Source of the DNA: an uncultured virus (IMG/VR IMGVR_UViG_3300034073_001408)
Lineage: Duplodnaviria > Heunggongvirae > Uroviricota > Caudoviricetes
Length of the DNA stretch: 64,000 nucleotides
Virus record (IMG/VR): IMGVR_UViG_3300034073_001408
Direction: 5' to 3' (one strand)
A program made the translations under genes and the position numbers. This document shows positions 10,491 to 17,692 of this stretch, piece by piece. How positions within the stretch are numbered: position 1 is the stretch's first letter; each line of letters begins with the position of its first letter. The notes beneath the pieces were generated by a model. It was not told the DNA's origin, searched no databases, and worked only from the letters and a program-made list of their open reading frames with translations.

Positions 10491-10515
10491 AGAGTCTTCA
10501 AGACTCCAAAACAAG

Positions 10516-10543
10516 AAAGAGGCTCAAAGAAGCCTCTTTTTTT
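10516..10543 (+). terminator. Rho-independent terminator
   Basis: AAAGAGGCT-loop-AGCCTCTTT followed by a T run. Confidence 0.8.
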
Positions 10544-10578
10544 ATTGTTGTGAAAAAGAGACAAGACGAAAAAAACTC

Positions 10579-10707
10579 TTGACGGATCAGCATCATTCAA
10601 TGTATACTGTGTCTGTTGAGTGAGAGAAAGAAGAAGGAAAGACTGACTGACTAAATCAGTCAAGAATTCAAAAAGCTCTTGACAGTGTGCTGATTCTGAT
10701 GTATACT
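10579..10707 (+). promoter_or_regulatory. Tandem sigma70-type promoters for the tRNA cluster
   Basis: TTGACG-18-TATACT at 10579 and TTGACA-17-TATACT at 10679. Confidence 0.75.
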
Positions 10708-10760
10708 GTCTTCAACGCTGAGAAATCAGCACCGATCTTTAAAAAGTAGCGTAGTGTTTT

Positions 10761-10835
10761 GCCCTTATCGTCTAACGGTTAGGACGCCAGATTTTCATTC
10801 TGGTAATCGGAGTTCGATTCTCCGTAAGGGTACCA
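10761..10835 (+). tRNA. tRNA-Glu(TTC)
   Basis: Cloverleaf, CCAGA-TTTTCAT-TCTGG anticodon arm, encoded CCA. Confidence 0.92.
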
Positions 10836-10913
10836 TATTGAAGCGCATTGTTCGAACCCGAATCAGCAATGGCATTGCAAAGGTTTAATTGCATAGTGTG
10901 CTTCAATATGGTA
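10831..10913 (+). ncRNA. CCA-anchored stem element 1
   Basis: TACCATATTGAAGCGCATTG pairs with TAGTGTGCTTCAATATGGTA (20 bp, G-U wobbles only). Confidence 0.7.
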
Positions 10914-10922
10914 AGAATAATT

Positions 10923-11011
10923 GGGTTCTGCCCCTTACGGCGGACTGTAAATCCGTTGGCATTGTTTTGTAAGGAAGTTGCCTCGTGGAGCGTTACCATC
11001 AGAACCCACCA
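10923..11011 (+). tRNA. Non-canonical tRNA-Tyr(GTA)-like RNA lacking a D-arm
   Basis: GGGTTCTG/CAGAACCC-ACCA acceptor, GCGGA-CTGTAAA-TCCGT anticodon arm, long variable arm. Confidence 0.65.
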
Positions 11012-11021
11012 AGAAAATCGT

Positions 11022-11112
11022 ATCACCATAGTTTAACGGTAAAACAGCGGATTTATACCCCGTAGCGCCAGATAAGCGGCTGATCTGGGTTCGATTCCCG
11101 GTGGTGATACCA
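11022..11112 (+). tRNA. tRNA-Ile(TAT) with long variable region
   Basis: ATCACCA/TGGTGAT-ACCA acceptor, TTTATAC loop, TTCGATT T-loop. Confidence 0.75.
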
Positions 11113-11306
11113 TTTAGTTTGCTGATATCGAAAATACCTGTGCGATCCAGGTCAGTGCGTTGTCTATGTTGTGGATGGTACCTTACAAGCAACACGCAGT
11201 TCTCTCTGACGAAAAACGGAGTAGCTACCTAAAATAAGTCGGTGAGATGAAAAGCAAACAACTACGGGTTAACGTAGTTCATAAGATGTCAGCAAACTAA
11301 ATGGTA
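11108..11306 (+). ncRNA. CCA-anchored stem element 2 (~200 nt)
   Basis: TACCATTTAGTTTGCTGATATC pairs with GATGTCAGCAAACTAAATGGTA (22 bp); internal hairpins. Confidence 0.7.
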
Positions 11307-11308
11307 AA

Positions 11309-11385
11309 GGGCTGGTAACTCAGTTGGTCAGAGTAGCCGACTCATAATCGGTTAGTCGTCGGTTCGAGCCCGACCCAGCCTACCA
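11309..11385 (+). tRNA. tRNA(CAT), Ile2 or elongator Met
   Basis: GCCGA-CTCATAA-TCGGT anticodon arm, CCA. Confidence 0.88.
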
Positions 11386-11392
11386 AATATTT

Positions 11393-11467
11393 GGTCTCAA
11401 AGTGTTCATGGACGCACACGAGCCTGTCACGCTCGAAGAAGGGGATCGTTACCCCTTGGGACCGCCA
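11393..11467 (+). tRNA. tRNA-Asp(GTC)
   Basis: CGAGC-CTGTCAC-GCTCG, G discriminator, CCA. Confidence 0.88.
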
Positions 11468-11473
11468 GATTAT

Positions 11474-11547
11474 AGCGGGATAGAGAAACGGTAACTCAAG
11501 AGTCTCATAAGCTCTAGATCCTGGTTCGATTCCGGGTCCCGCAACCA
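11474..11547 (+). tRNA. tRNA-Met(CAT), initiator-like 1:72 mismatch
   Basis: AGCGGGA/TCCCGCA-ACCA acceptor; CTCATAA loop. Confidence 0.85.
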
Positions 11548-11548
11548 A

Positions 11549-11556
11549 TATAAATA
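11549..11556 (+). promoter_or_regulatory. T4-type late promoter
   Basis: TATAAATA directly upstream of tRNA-Phe. Confidence 0.5.
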
Positions 11557-11558
11557 TA

Positions 11559-11634
11559 GCCGCTATGGTGAAGGTGGTCCTCACGCTGGTCTGAAGAACC
11601 AGAGAACTCTGATCGTAACAGAGTGGCGGCACCA
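11559..11634 (+). tRNA. tRNA-Phe(GAA)
   Basis: CTGGT-CTGAAGA-ACCAG, CCA. Confidence 0.85.
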
Positions 11635-11641
11635 AGATTTA

Positions 11642-11715
11642 GGGTCTTTAGTTTAATGGTAGAACTCTTCTTTTACACGGAAGATACGGCAGTTCGATTC
11701 TGTCAAGACCCACCA
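11642..11715 (+). tRNA. tRNA-Val(TAC)
   Basis: CTTCT-TTTACAC-GGAAG, CCA. Confidence 0.9.
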
Positions 11716-11723
11716 AATACAAT

Positions 11724-11798
11724 AGGTCTTTAGTTCAACGGATAGAATAACAGGCTACGAACTTGTAGGTGGGAGTTCGATTCTCTCAAGACCTGCCA
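11724..11798 (+). tRNA. tRNA-Arg(ACG)
   Basis: ACAGG-CTACGAA-CTTGT, CCA. Confidence 0.9.
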
Positions 11799-11806
11799 AA
11801 GATTTT

Positions 11807-11883
11807 CGGAGTGTAGCACAGCCTGGTAGTGCGCCTGGTTTGGGACCAGGAGGTCCAAGGTTCGATTCCTTGTACTCCGACCA
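11807..11883 (+). tRNA. tRNA-Pro(TGG)
   Basis: CGGAGTG start, CCTGG-TTTGGGA-CCAGG, CCA. Confidence 0.93.
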
Positions 11884-11891
11884 GTATTATA

Positions 11892-11981
11892 GGAAGCGTG
11901 GCAGAGCCCGGTTTATTGCAACAGTCTTGAAAACTGTCGAACAGAAATGTTCCGTGTGTTCGAATCACACCGCTTCCGCCA
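11892..11981 (+). tRNA. tRNA-Ser(TGA)
   Basis: ACAGT-CTTGAAA-ACTGT, long V-arm, GCCA end. Confidence 0.92.
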
Positions 11982-12033
11982 ACAAGATAAATAGATGTAA
12001 ATTTTCAGAAAAACTAAAACAAAGGAAGCTAAA

Positions 12034-13620
12034 ATGGCTGTAGCAGACACCAAAGAACTTGCACAATGTTTGGCATTTGCTTACTTTGCTGAGTATCCAA
12101 ATTATCCAAAAGATGACAAGAAACTAACGTCTGAACATGCAACAATGTTTTTTGAGTTGTTTTCAAGAAAATCGTCTATAGCTACATTAAAGCAAAAATA
12201 TCTGTCAAAGAATTTCCCTACAGAAAAAGTTAAAGACGAGTTTAAATATACTAAAACGCAAGTCACTAAACAAATCAGTTATAGTGAAACTGCAAAAAAA
12301 GTATACAATGTCGTCAAAGAGTGTATACGCAAAAAAATGTTTAAGTATTCTATGGACGAATACGTCTTTCTTGATCAGGGTGATGATTTTACAATTAAGA
12401 TCAAGGACGAATTGATGAAGAGGGCTTTAAGAAATTTTGGTTTTGCTAACACCATAAAGCCAGATACACTGTCATCAATAGATGTATTTTGCGTCAGACG
12501 ATCTAAGAAAACAGAAATCATTAACGAATGCACTAAACTGTTTGGCGATGATGTCAGTATGATTAACAACTTCGTCAGCGGAACAGACTATGCAGAGTTT
12601 ATTGGCAAGCACATGGACTCTGGTAATTTGATTCCAGTGTCATTAAAGTTGCCGAGCACTATTTCTGGTAACATACACGTTAAAGAAATTCATGATATCA
12701 ACAAAAGACCGATATCAGAGAACACTGATCCTTACATAAAATTTCTAGCGACGATTTTGGACAATCCATCAAAAACCAAAAACATCATCGATAGCGTAAT
12801 CGATCTCAAGATAGATGATGTTGTTTCTTTTGAAAAGTTGAATTGGGAACTTCCAGTCTCGTTTAACTACACCAAATACATTGATCCGCAAACTAAGCAG
12901 AAGATAGCAGAATACAATTTAGAGTTTAATCTATTTGCGCAAGGATACGGAGCTGGATTTAATGGTCAGTTTGCAGCATCTACAAAAAAGTATAAAAATA
13001 CTCAGTGGGTAGGTGGAATAGGCGCAAATACATTTTATGTCATGGCAAAAAAATATGCGAAATTCAATGAATTCATGAGAAAATTGAGTGATCTTAGATT
13101 AGACTGTCTGAAATCTATAGCAGATAAGATGAGCAAAGCTGATGAAGAGGCGTTCAAAAAGTGCTCAGCATTATATGCCAATGCACAAAAAAATGTAAAA
13201 AATGATATGATACATTCATCGAATAAAGAAGAAATTCAGTTGTTAGCTTTCTTTGCCCAATTCGATAGATTGTACAATAATAAAGAAAACTTTCTAGAAA
13301 ACTATAGACTATCTGTCATAAATGCAATAAATGGAAAGAGTAAAATCCTAGCCAATTACACTGATATGAAAAGATTAAAAGCTCATTATGTTCATGCTCA
13401 ATTGTTTTATCTTTTTTTAATTGGTGGTAAAAATCTAGAGTTGTACTTTAAGCAAAAAATGTTTTTATCCATTTTTGGTTTGATAACAAAAATGGCACAC
13501 ATATATTTTGACGAGAGCGATTATGACAAGATGAAAACAATTGTGACTACTCAATTGAATAAGCAGAGAGAAGGTTTTTTTGCTGAATTTAGAACTGCTC
13601 CTCATTTTTTGATTTCTTGA
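12034..13620 (+). CDS. Hypothetical protein, possible PD-(D/E)xK endonuclease
   Basis: 528-aa AT-rich ORF within the tRNA cluster; SSIDVF..LIPVSLK motif; AAGGA RBS. Confidence 0.6.
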   Translation: MAVADTKELAQCLAFAYFAEYPNYPKDDKKLTSEHATMFFELFSRKSSIATLKQKYLSKNFPTEKVKDEFKYTKTQVTKQISYSETAKKVYNVVKECIRKKMFKYSMDEYVFLDQGDDFTIKIKDELMKRALRNFGFANTIKPDTLSSIDVFCVRRSKKTEIINECTKLFGDDVSMINNFVSGTDYAEFIGKHMDSGNLIPVSLKLPSTISGNIHVKEIHDINKRPISENTDPYIKFLATILDNPSKTKNIIDSVIDLKIDDVVSFEKLNWELPVSFNYTKYIDPQTKQKIAEYNLEFNLFAQGYGAGFNGQFAASTKKYKNTQWVGGIGANTFYVMAKKYAKFNEFMRKLSDLRLDCLKSIADKMSKADEEAFKKCSALYANAQKNVKNDMIHSSNKEEIQLLAFFAQFDRLYNNKENFLENYRLSVINAINGKSKILANYTDMKRLKAHYVHAQLFYLFLIGGKNLELYFKQKMFLSIFGLITKMAHIYFDESDYDKMKTIVTTQLNKQREGFFAEFRTAPHFLIS

Positions 13621-13628
13621 CGCTCACT

Positions 13629-13702
13629 TCCGGTGTAGTATAATGGCAGTGCGATGGTCTCCAAAACCATTAGTGGGAGTTCGATTCTCTCCACCGGAGC
13701 CA
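13629..13702 (+). tRNA. tRNA-Trp(CCA)
   Basis: ATGGT-CTCCAAA-ACCAT, GCCA end. Confidence 0.9.
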
Positions 13703-13713
13703 AACAACAACAT

Positions 13714-13791
13714 GCGCAGATGGCAGAGTGGTCCAATGCACGGGATTGCAAATCCCGAAAACCGTGGGTTCAAATCCCTCTCTGCGCTCCA
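13714..13791 (+). tRNA. tRNA-Cys(GCA)
   Basis: CGGGA-TTGCAAA-TCCCG, U discriminator, CCA. Confidence 0.88.
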
Positions 13792-13797
13792 AAGATT

Positions 13798-13871
13798 CCC
13801 TCTTTAGTTAAAAAGTATAACACTGTGCTGATAACGCAGAGTCGGAGGAGCGTTACCTCCCGGAGGGACCA
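13798..13871 (+). tRNA. tRNA-Ile(GAT)
   Basis: CTGTG-CTGATAA-CGCAG, atypical AGCGTTA T-loop, CCA. Confidence 0.8.
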
Positions 13872-13880
13872 AAATCTTGT

Positions 13881-13957
13881 GGTAGAATAGCATAGCGGTC
13901 TAATGCAGCACCTTCATACGGTGAAGATCGTAGGTTCAAATCCTACTTCTACTACCA
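13881..13957 (+). tRNA. tRNA-Met(CAT)
   Basis: CACC-TTCATAC-GGTG, TTCAAAT T-loop, CCA. Confidence 0.85.
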
Positions 13958-13958
13958 G

Positions 13959-13987
13959 TTGACATCTGAGCGTAAACTTTGTATAAT
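13959..13987 (+). promoter_or_regulatory. Consensus sigma70 promoter
   Basis: TTGACA-17 nt-TATAAT, 9 nt before tRNA-Lys. Confidence 0.85.
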
Positions 13988-13996
13988 GATTGCATT

Positions 13997-14071
13997 GGGA
14001 CTTTGGCGTAGCGGTAACGCAGCGGGCTTTTAACCCGTCAGTCTCGGGTTCGAATCCCGAAGGTCCTACCA
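13997..14071 (+). tRNA. tRNA-Lys(TTT)
   Basis: GCGGG-CTTTTAA-CCCGT, CCA. Confidence 0.92.
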
Positions 14072-14079
14072 AGAACATC

Positions 14080-14155
14080 CTGCCCGTCGTATAAGGGATG
14101 AATACACCGGTCTTCTAAACCGGCAATCCAGGTTCGAATCCTGGCGGGCGGACCA
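14080..14155 (+). tRNA. tRNA-Arg(TCT)
   Basis: CCGGT-CTTCTAA-ACCGG, CCA. Confidence 0.9.
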
Positions 14156-14250
14156 ATAAATAGCTTGATCGGTCGCCTCTTCTGCTGGAATGCATGAGAG
14201 AAGGTCTGAGAGTTCTCTGGCGGCAGCAACACCGGAGTATCGTAACCGGT

Positions 14251-14356
14251 TGCTATATTGAAGCGCATTGTAAAGAACCTCTATGAGGGGAATAAGACAC
14301 TAGGGTGCGGGTCGAGGCAACTCAGTAATAGCCCATCAGTGTGCTTCAATATGGCA
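14251..14356 (+). ncRNA. Stem element 3
   Basis: TGCTATATTGAAGCGCATTG / CAGTGTGCTTCAATATGGCA, 20 bp with three G-U pairs. Confidence 0.7.
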
Positions 14357-14446
14357 TGGTGTAATGAGAATGCACAGGATCGCCACATAAGTCTTCTTTA
14401 ATGTGAAGCAGTGGAACAAGGTTCAGGTACGGTAAAAACCCGTAAT

Positions 14447-14573
14447 GCCATATTGAAGCACACTAAATCGAAAGTATCCTCAGAACAGAAGTGACTGTCT
14501 GGTGAGTATGCAGGTAGAGAGATGTAAAAAGCCCCCGCTGGTCACGGTTATCTCAAGTGTGCTTCCATATGGT
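14447..14573 (+). ncRNA. Stem element 4
   Basis: GCCATATTGAAGCACACT / AGTGTGCTTCCATATGGT, 18 positions with one mismatch. Confidence 0.7.
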
Positions 14574-14703
14574 TAGAATTGATGGGTGGTTGTAGCGTCT
14601 CCCTTAACTGGTGGCTTGGTAATCAAGGAACTGCATATCTGAAATAGTGATATGAGAAATACAGGTGTAACAGTGATGCTATTGACAGTCAGGAAAGACT
14701 GAC

Positions 14704-14849
14704 ACCATATTGAAGCGCATTCTAAAATCCCGAAACTCTTTTGGCCAAGTCCGGAACTAACCAAAGAGCAACCTGTTGAGACAGGGTAAGATCCGCAAGG
14801 GTGGGATAGTCGTCGGTGCAAGTCCGAAGAGTGTGTGCTTCAATATGGT
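14704..14849 (+). ncRNA. Stem element 5
   Basis: ACCATATTGAAGCGCAT / GTGTGCTTCAATATGGT; four internal hairpins. Confidence 0.7.
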
Positions 14850-14896
14850 AATCATAACTGTGATACAATCCACTATCGGATTGGTAGAGATTGCCA

Positions 14897-15148
14897 TAGT
14901 TCCGAGTCCGAAAGGATTTCGTGTCATATGCCCGACGGCGAGCCAGCGAGTTCATTCTCGTTGCAGTAACCTAGGGCTTATTAATAAGCAGGTGCCATGC
15001 CTCTGACAGATGATCCCTATTCTGTCAAGCACAAATCGGCGAAAAATGGTTGCGTTTTAGTTGTCGGCGCATAACCATCCTCTCTCAAGGCACTCACGGG
15101 TCGTCGCCCTGAAAAAGAAGACACTAGAGTTCCACTTTAGGGAGTGGG
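14897..15148 (+). ncRNA. Candidate multibranched structured RNA
   Basis: Nested pairings GTGTC/GACAC, CGACGGC/GTCGTCG, GGTGCC/GGCACT, TGACAGA/TCTGTCA and a GAAA tetraloop; no credible ORF. Confidence 0.5.
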
Positions 15149-15261
15149 GCTATAGTTCAGCACATTTCTGATGCCTCAGCGAAGGAATTCTAGATGTCCA
15201 GTAGCAATTAATAACGAAGTCAGCAGATGGGTTCACTGAATGAAGTGTGTTGAACTATAGC
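15149..15261 (+). ncRNA. Stem element 6 (covariant)
   Basis: GCTATAGTTCAGCACATTTC / GAAGTGTGTTGAACTATAGC, 20 bp. Confidence 0.65.
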
Positions 15262-15283
15262 GAATTATATTAGGAGATGCATC

Positions 15284-15661
15284 ATGACATTGAAAAACTT
15301 TGAGATAGCTGAAGAATACTTGACACAAGTTGTAGTACATGAAGAGGTGAAGTTCACTAACTTCACGCCCATGGGATCTATGACTCAAGATCAGATTGAC
15401 GCCATGAATGAAATGATGGATAAGCCGCTCAAAGTTACTCGGTGGATTGATCATCCAGAATTCACTAAGCTGAGAGAGCAATTAGAAATTGAAGGATACA
15501 TCAAAATTCAACGTTCTTGGTGGAACGGAGACAGAGTTCTACGGTCGTTCAAAGTGAATGGAATAACTCTCAAGAAAGACGGCACGTTCTACTGTGCAGC
15601 AGCACTTGGAAACAGCATTTCTGTAGCACGTAGTATGGGCAGAAAAACGATTGGATTTTGA
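15284..15661 (+). CDS. Hypothetical protein
   Basis: AGGAG RBS, 125 aa. Confidence 0.65.
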   Translation: MTLKNFEIAEEYLTQVVVHEEVKFTNFTPMGSMTQDQIDAMNEMMDKPLKVTRWIDHPEFTKLREQLEIEGYIKIQRSWWNGDRVLRSFKVNGITLKKDGTFYCAAALGNSISVARSMGRKTIGF

Positions 15662-15669
15662 TTCTGTTG

Positions 15670-15677
15670 TATAAATA
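15670..15677 (+). promoter_or_regulatory. T4-type late promoter
   Basis: TATAAATA upstream of the lysis pair. Confidence 0.7.
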
Positions 15678-15709
15678 CATACACTATAAAACGTGTATGG
15701 GAGACAACA

Positions 15710-16204
15710 ATGGAATTTCTTGGAGAATTTCTTGGAAGCGGTATCATAGGAAGCATCTTCGGCGGCTTGTTCAGAATGTTTCCTGAAGTATTGAAGTTCT
15801 TTGATCGTAAAGATGAAAGAGCGCATGAACTAAAGATGTTCACACTTCAGACAGAAGTCGAGAAGATGAAAGGTGACTTCAAGCTAGAAGAACGATATGT
15901 AGATCATGGCATTGAACAAACAAAAGCAATCGCAGATGCGTTCAGAGGTCAGAGCGAAGAAGCGAGCAAGAGTTACAAGTGGGTCAGTGCACTAAGCGCA
16001 CTAGTTCGCCCGATGGTGACTTATACTCTATTTGGACTCTATGTCGCTTATAAAGTCATCATGGTAACTTATGCGATTCAGACAGGTGCTGGATGGCAAG
16101 AAGTCGCTAAAGAGAACTGGACAGTAGAAGATTTTGCAATGTTGAACATGATTCTAACTTTCTGGTTCGTTGGTAGAAGTATTGAGAAGCGCGAGAAGAC
16201 ATGA
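15710..16204 (+). CDS. Holin-like membrane protein
   Basis: Hydrophobic N-terminus, SALVRP..FWFVGR pattern; adjacent to lysozyme. Confidence 0.65.
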   Translation: MEFLGEFLGSGIIGSIFGGLFRMFPEVLKFFDRKDERAHELKMFTLQTEVEKMKGDFKLEERYVDHGIEQTKAIADAFRGQSEEASKSYKWVSALSALVRPMVTYTLFGLYVAYKVIMVTYAIQTGAGWQEVAKENWTVEDFAMLNMILTFWFVGRSIEKREKT

Positions 16205-16674
16205 AAGATGCCATTCGTATTGCAACAGACGCGCTAATAAAGCCATTTGAGGGTTATCATAGAAGACTACCAGACGGCTCTGCGCATGCGTATCCTGATC
16301 CAGGAACGGGCGGTGCGCCTTGGACAATTGGCTGGGGCACTACAGGATCTGGCATCGGACCAGACACAGTGTGGTCGCTAGATCAATGCGCAACAGCACT
16401 CGAAAAGCACGTTCAACAGTTTGCATTGGGAGTGCTTGATCTAAGTCCAAACTTAGAGTATGCGCTGCCGAGAAGATTTGCTGCGATCATTAGTTTCGCT
16501 TACAATTGTGGGCTTGGAAACTATCGCATAAGTACACTGCGCAAGAGAGTAAACGAAGAAGATTGGGAATCAGCAGGAAGAGAAATTCTACGCTGGAACA
16601 AAGCAGCGGGAAGAGTCTTGCCTGGTCTAACAAGACGCAGGAAAGCAGAGTCTTTGATGTTGATTTCCGTGTGA
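16201..16674 (+). CDS. Endolysin (GH24 lysozyme)
   Basis: FEG..AYPDP..WTIGWG, SFAYNCG and GLTRRR motifs. Confidence 0.92.
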   Translation: MKDAIRIATDALIKPFEGYHRRLPDGSAHAYPDPGTGGAPWTIGWGTTGSGIGPDTVWSLDQCATALEKHVQQFALGVLDLSPNLEYALPRRFAAIISFAYNCGLGNYRISTLRKRVNEEDWESAGREILRWNKAAGRVLPGLTRRRKAESLMLISV

Positions 16675-16697
16675 ATATATAGTATAATACAGATTAT

Positions 16698-16772
16698 TCC
16701 GGAGTAGCTCAGCGGTAGAGCAGTTGACTGTTAATCAATTGGTCGTTGGTTCGATCCCAGCCTTCGGAGCCA
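16698..16772 (+). tRNA. tRNA-Asn(GTT)
   Basis: GTTGA-CTGTTAA-TCAAT, GCCA. Confidence 0.93.
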
Positions 16773-16782
16773 TTTTTAAGTT

Positions 16783-16857
16783 GCCGACTTAGCACAGTGG
16801 TAGTGCAATCGCCTTGTAAGCGATAGGTCATCAGTTCGAATCCGATAGTCGGCACCA
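16783..16857 (+). tRNA. tRNA-Thr(TGT)
   Basis: ATCGC-CTTGTAA-GCGAT, CCA. Confidence 0.92.
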
Positions 16858-16870
16858 GTTTTATCATCAT

Positions 16871-16946
16871 GGGGGATTAGCTCATCTGGGAGAGCGCCTG
16901 TTTTGCAAGCAGGAGGTGATCGGTTCGAGTCCGATATCTTCCACCA
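16871..16946 (+). tRNA. tRNA-Ala(TGC)
   Basis: G3-U70 pair, TTTGCAA loop, CCA. Confidence 0.92.
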
Positions 16947-16968
16947 ACTTTTATCATAAGGAATGATC

Positions 16969-17112
16969 ATGGATAATAAACAATACGTATGTGAAGTCTG
17001 TGGGCACGTTCACGACGAAGCAACTATGGGTAAGCTAGAAGACTTGCCAAAGTTCGCTAACTGTCCAGAATGTGGTTCAGACGCAAGAGAAGTATACAAG
17101 CTATTCGAATAA
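16969..17112 (+). CDS. Rubredoxin-like protein (47 aa, absent from ORF track)
   Basis: MDNKQYVCEVCGHVHDE..DLP..CPECG; AAGGA RBS. Confidence 0.8.
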   Translation: MDNKQYVCEVCGHVHDEATMGKLEDLPKFANCPECGSDAREVYKLFE

Positions 17113-17140
17113 TTTAAATAATTGATTTTGAGGATAATAT

Positions 17141-17599
17141 ATGGCCACACAATCTCTAATCATAGCAAATACCAGTCCAACTGTTGAAGTTTATAGAATT
17201 ACAGATGGCGCAAACTCATATATTATCGCTCAAGATGGAGCATCTACAAGTAATCCTACTGCACTTTCAATACAAGTTGATTATACTGATGTTCTAGAAA
17301 GAATTGCTTCACATTTAGAATCTATTGCAACTTCAGCGCTATATCAAGCAACAGATGTTGGCATTATCAAAAATCAGATTTTAGAAATAACAACTAGCTT
17401 AGATACAGTTGCATCTAGCATAGACTTACTAAAAGATACTTCTAATACAAGTGCACAACATTTAGAAACTGTAGCTGCACATTTTGAAGTTGAAAGAGCG
17501 ATGAATGTTGCCGATTTGAAAGAACCAGACTTTTATGAAGAGAACTTCGACAAGTTCAATACAGTGAAAACAGAAATCAATAATCCGACACAATTCTAA
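17141..17599 (+). CDS. Hypothetical protein
   Basis: GAGGA RBS, 152 aa. Confidence 0.65.
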   Translation: MATQSLIIANTSPTVEVYRITDGANSYIIAQDGASTSNPTALSIQVDYTDVLERIASHLESIATSALYQATDVGIIKNQILEITTSLDTVASSIDLLKDTSNTSAQHLETVAAHFEVERAMNVADLKEPDFYEENFDKFNTVKTEINNPTQF

Positions 17600-17605
17600 C
17601 AAGTC

Positions 17606-17679
17606 GCGGGATTGGTATAGTGGTTGTGCCCTAGCCTTCCAAGCTAGTGAGACCAGTTCGATCCTGGTATCCCGCTCCA
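17606..17679 (+). tRNA. tRNA-Gly(TCC)
   Basis: GCGGGAT start, CTAGC-CTTCCAA-GCTAG, TCCA. Confidence 0.92.
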
Positions 17680-17692
17680 CTGAGATGCAATC

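Noticed and set aside
14251..14849. CRISPR or TIGR-like array
   Set aside because: Repeats alternate in orientation, spacing is irregular (~65-130 nt), spacers are structured, and no cas or Nop-domain gene is visible in the window
10772..15006. Short ORFs in the track overlapping tRNAs and ncRNAs
   Set aside because: No RBS, atypical composition, and they are explained by the RNA genes
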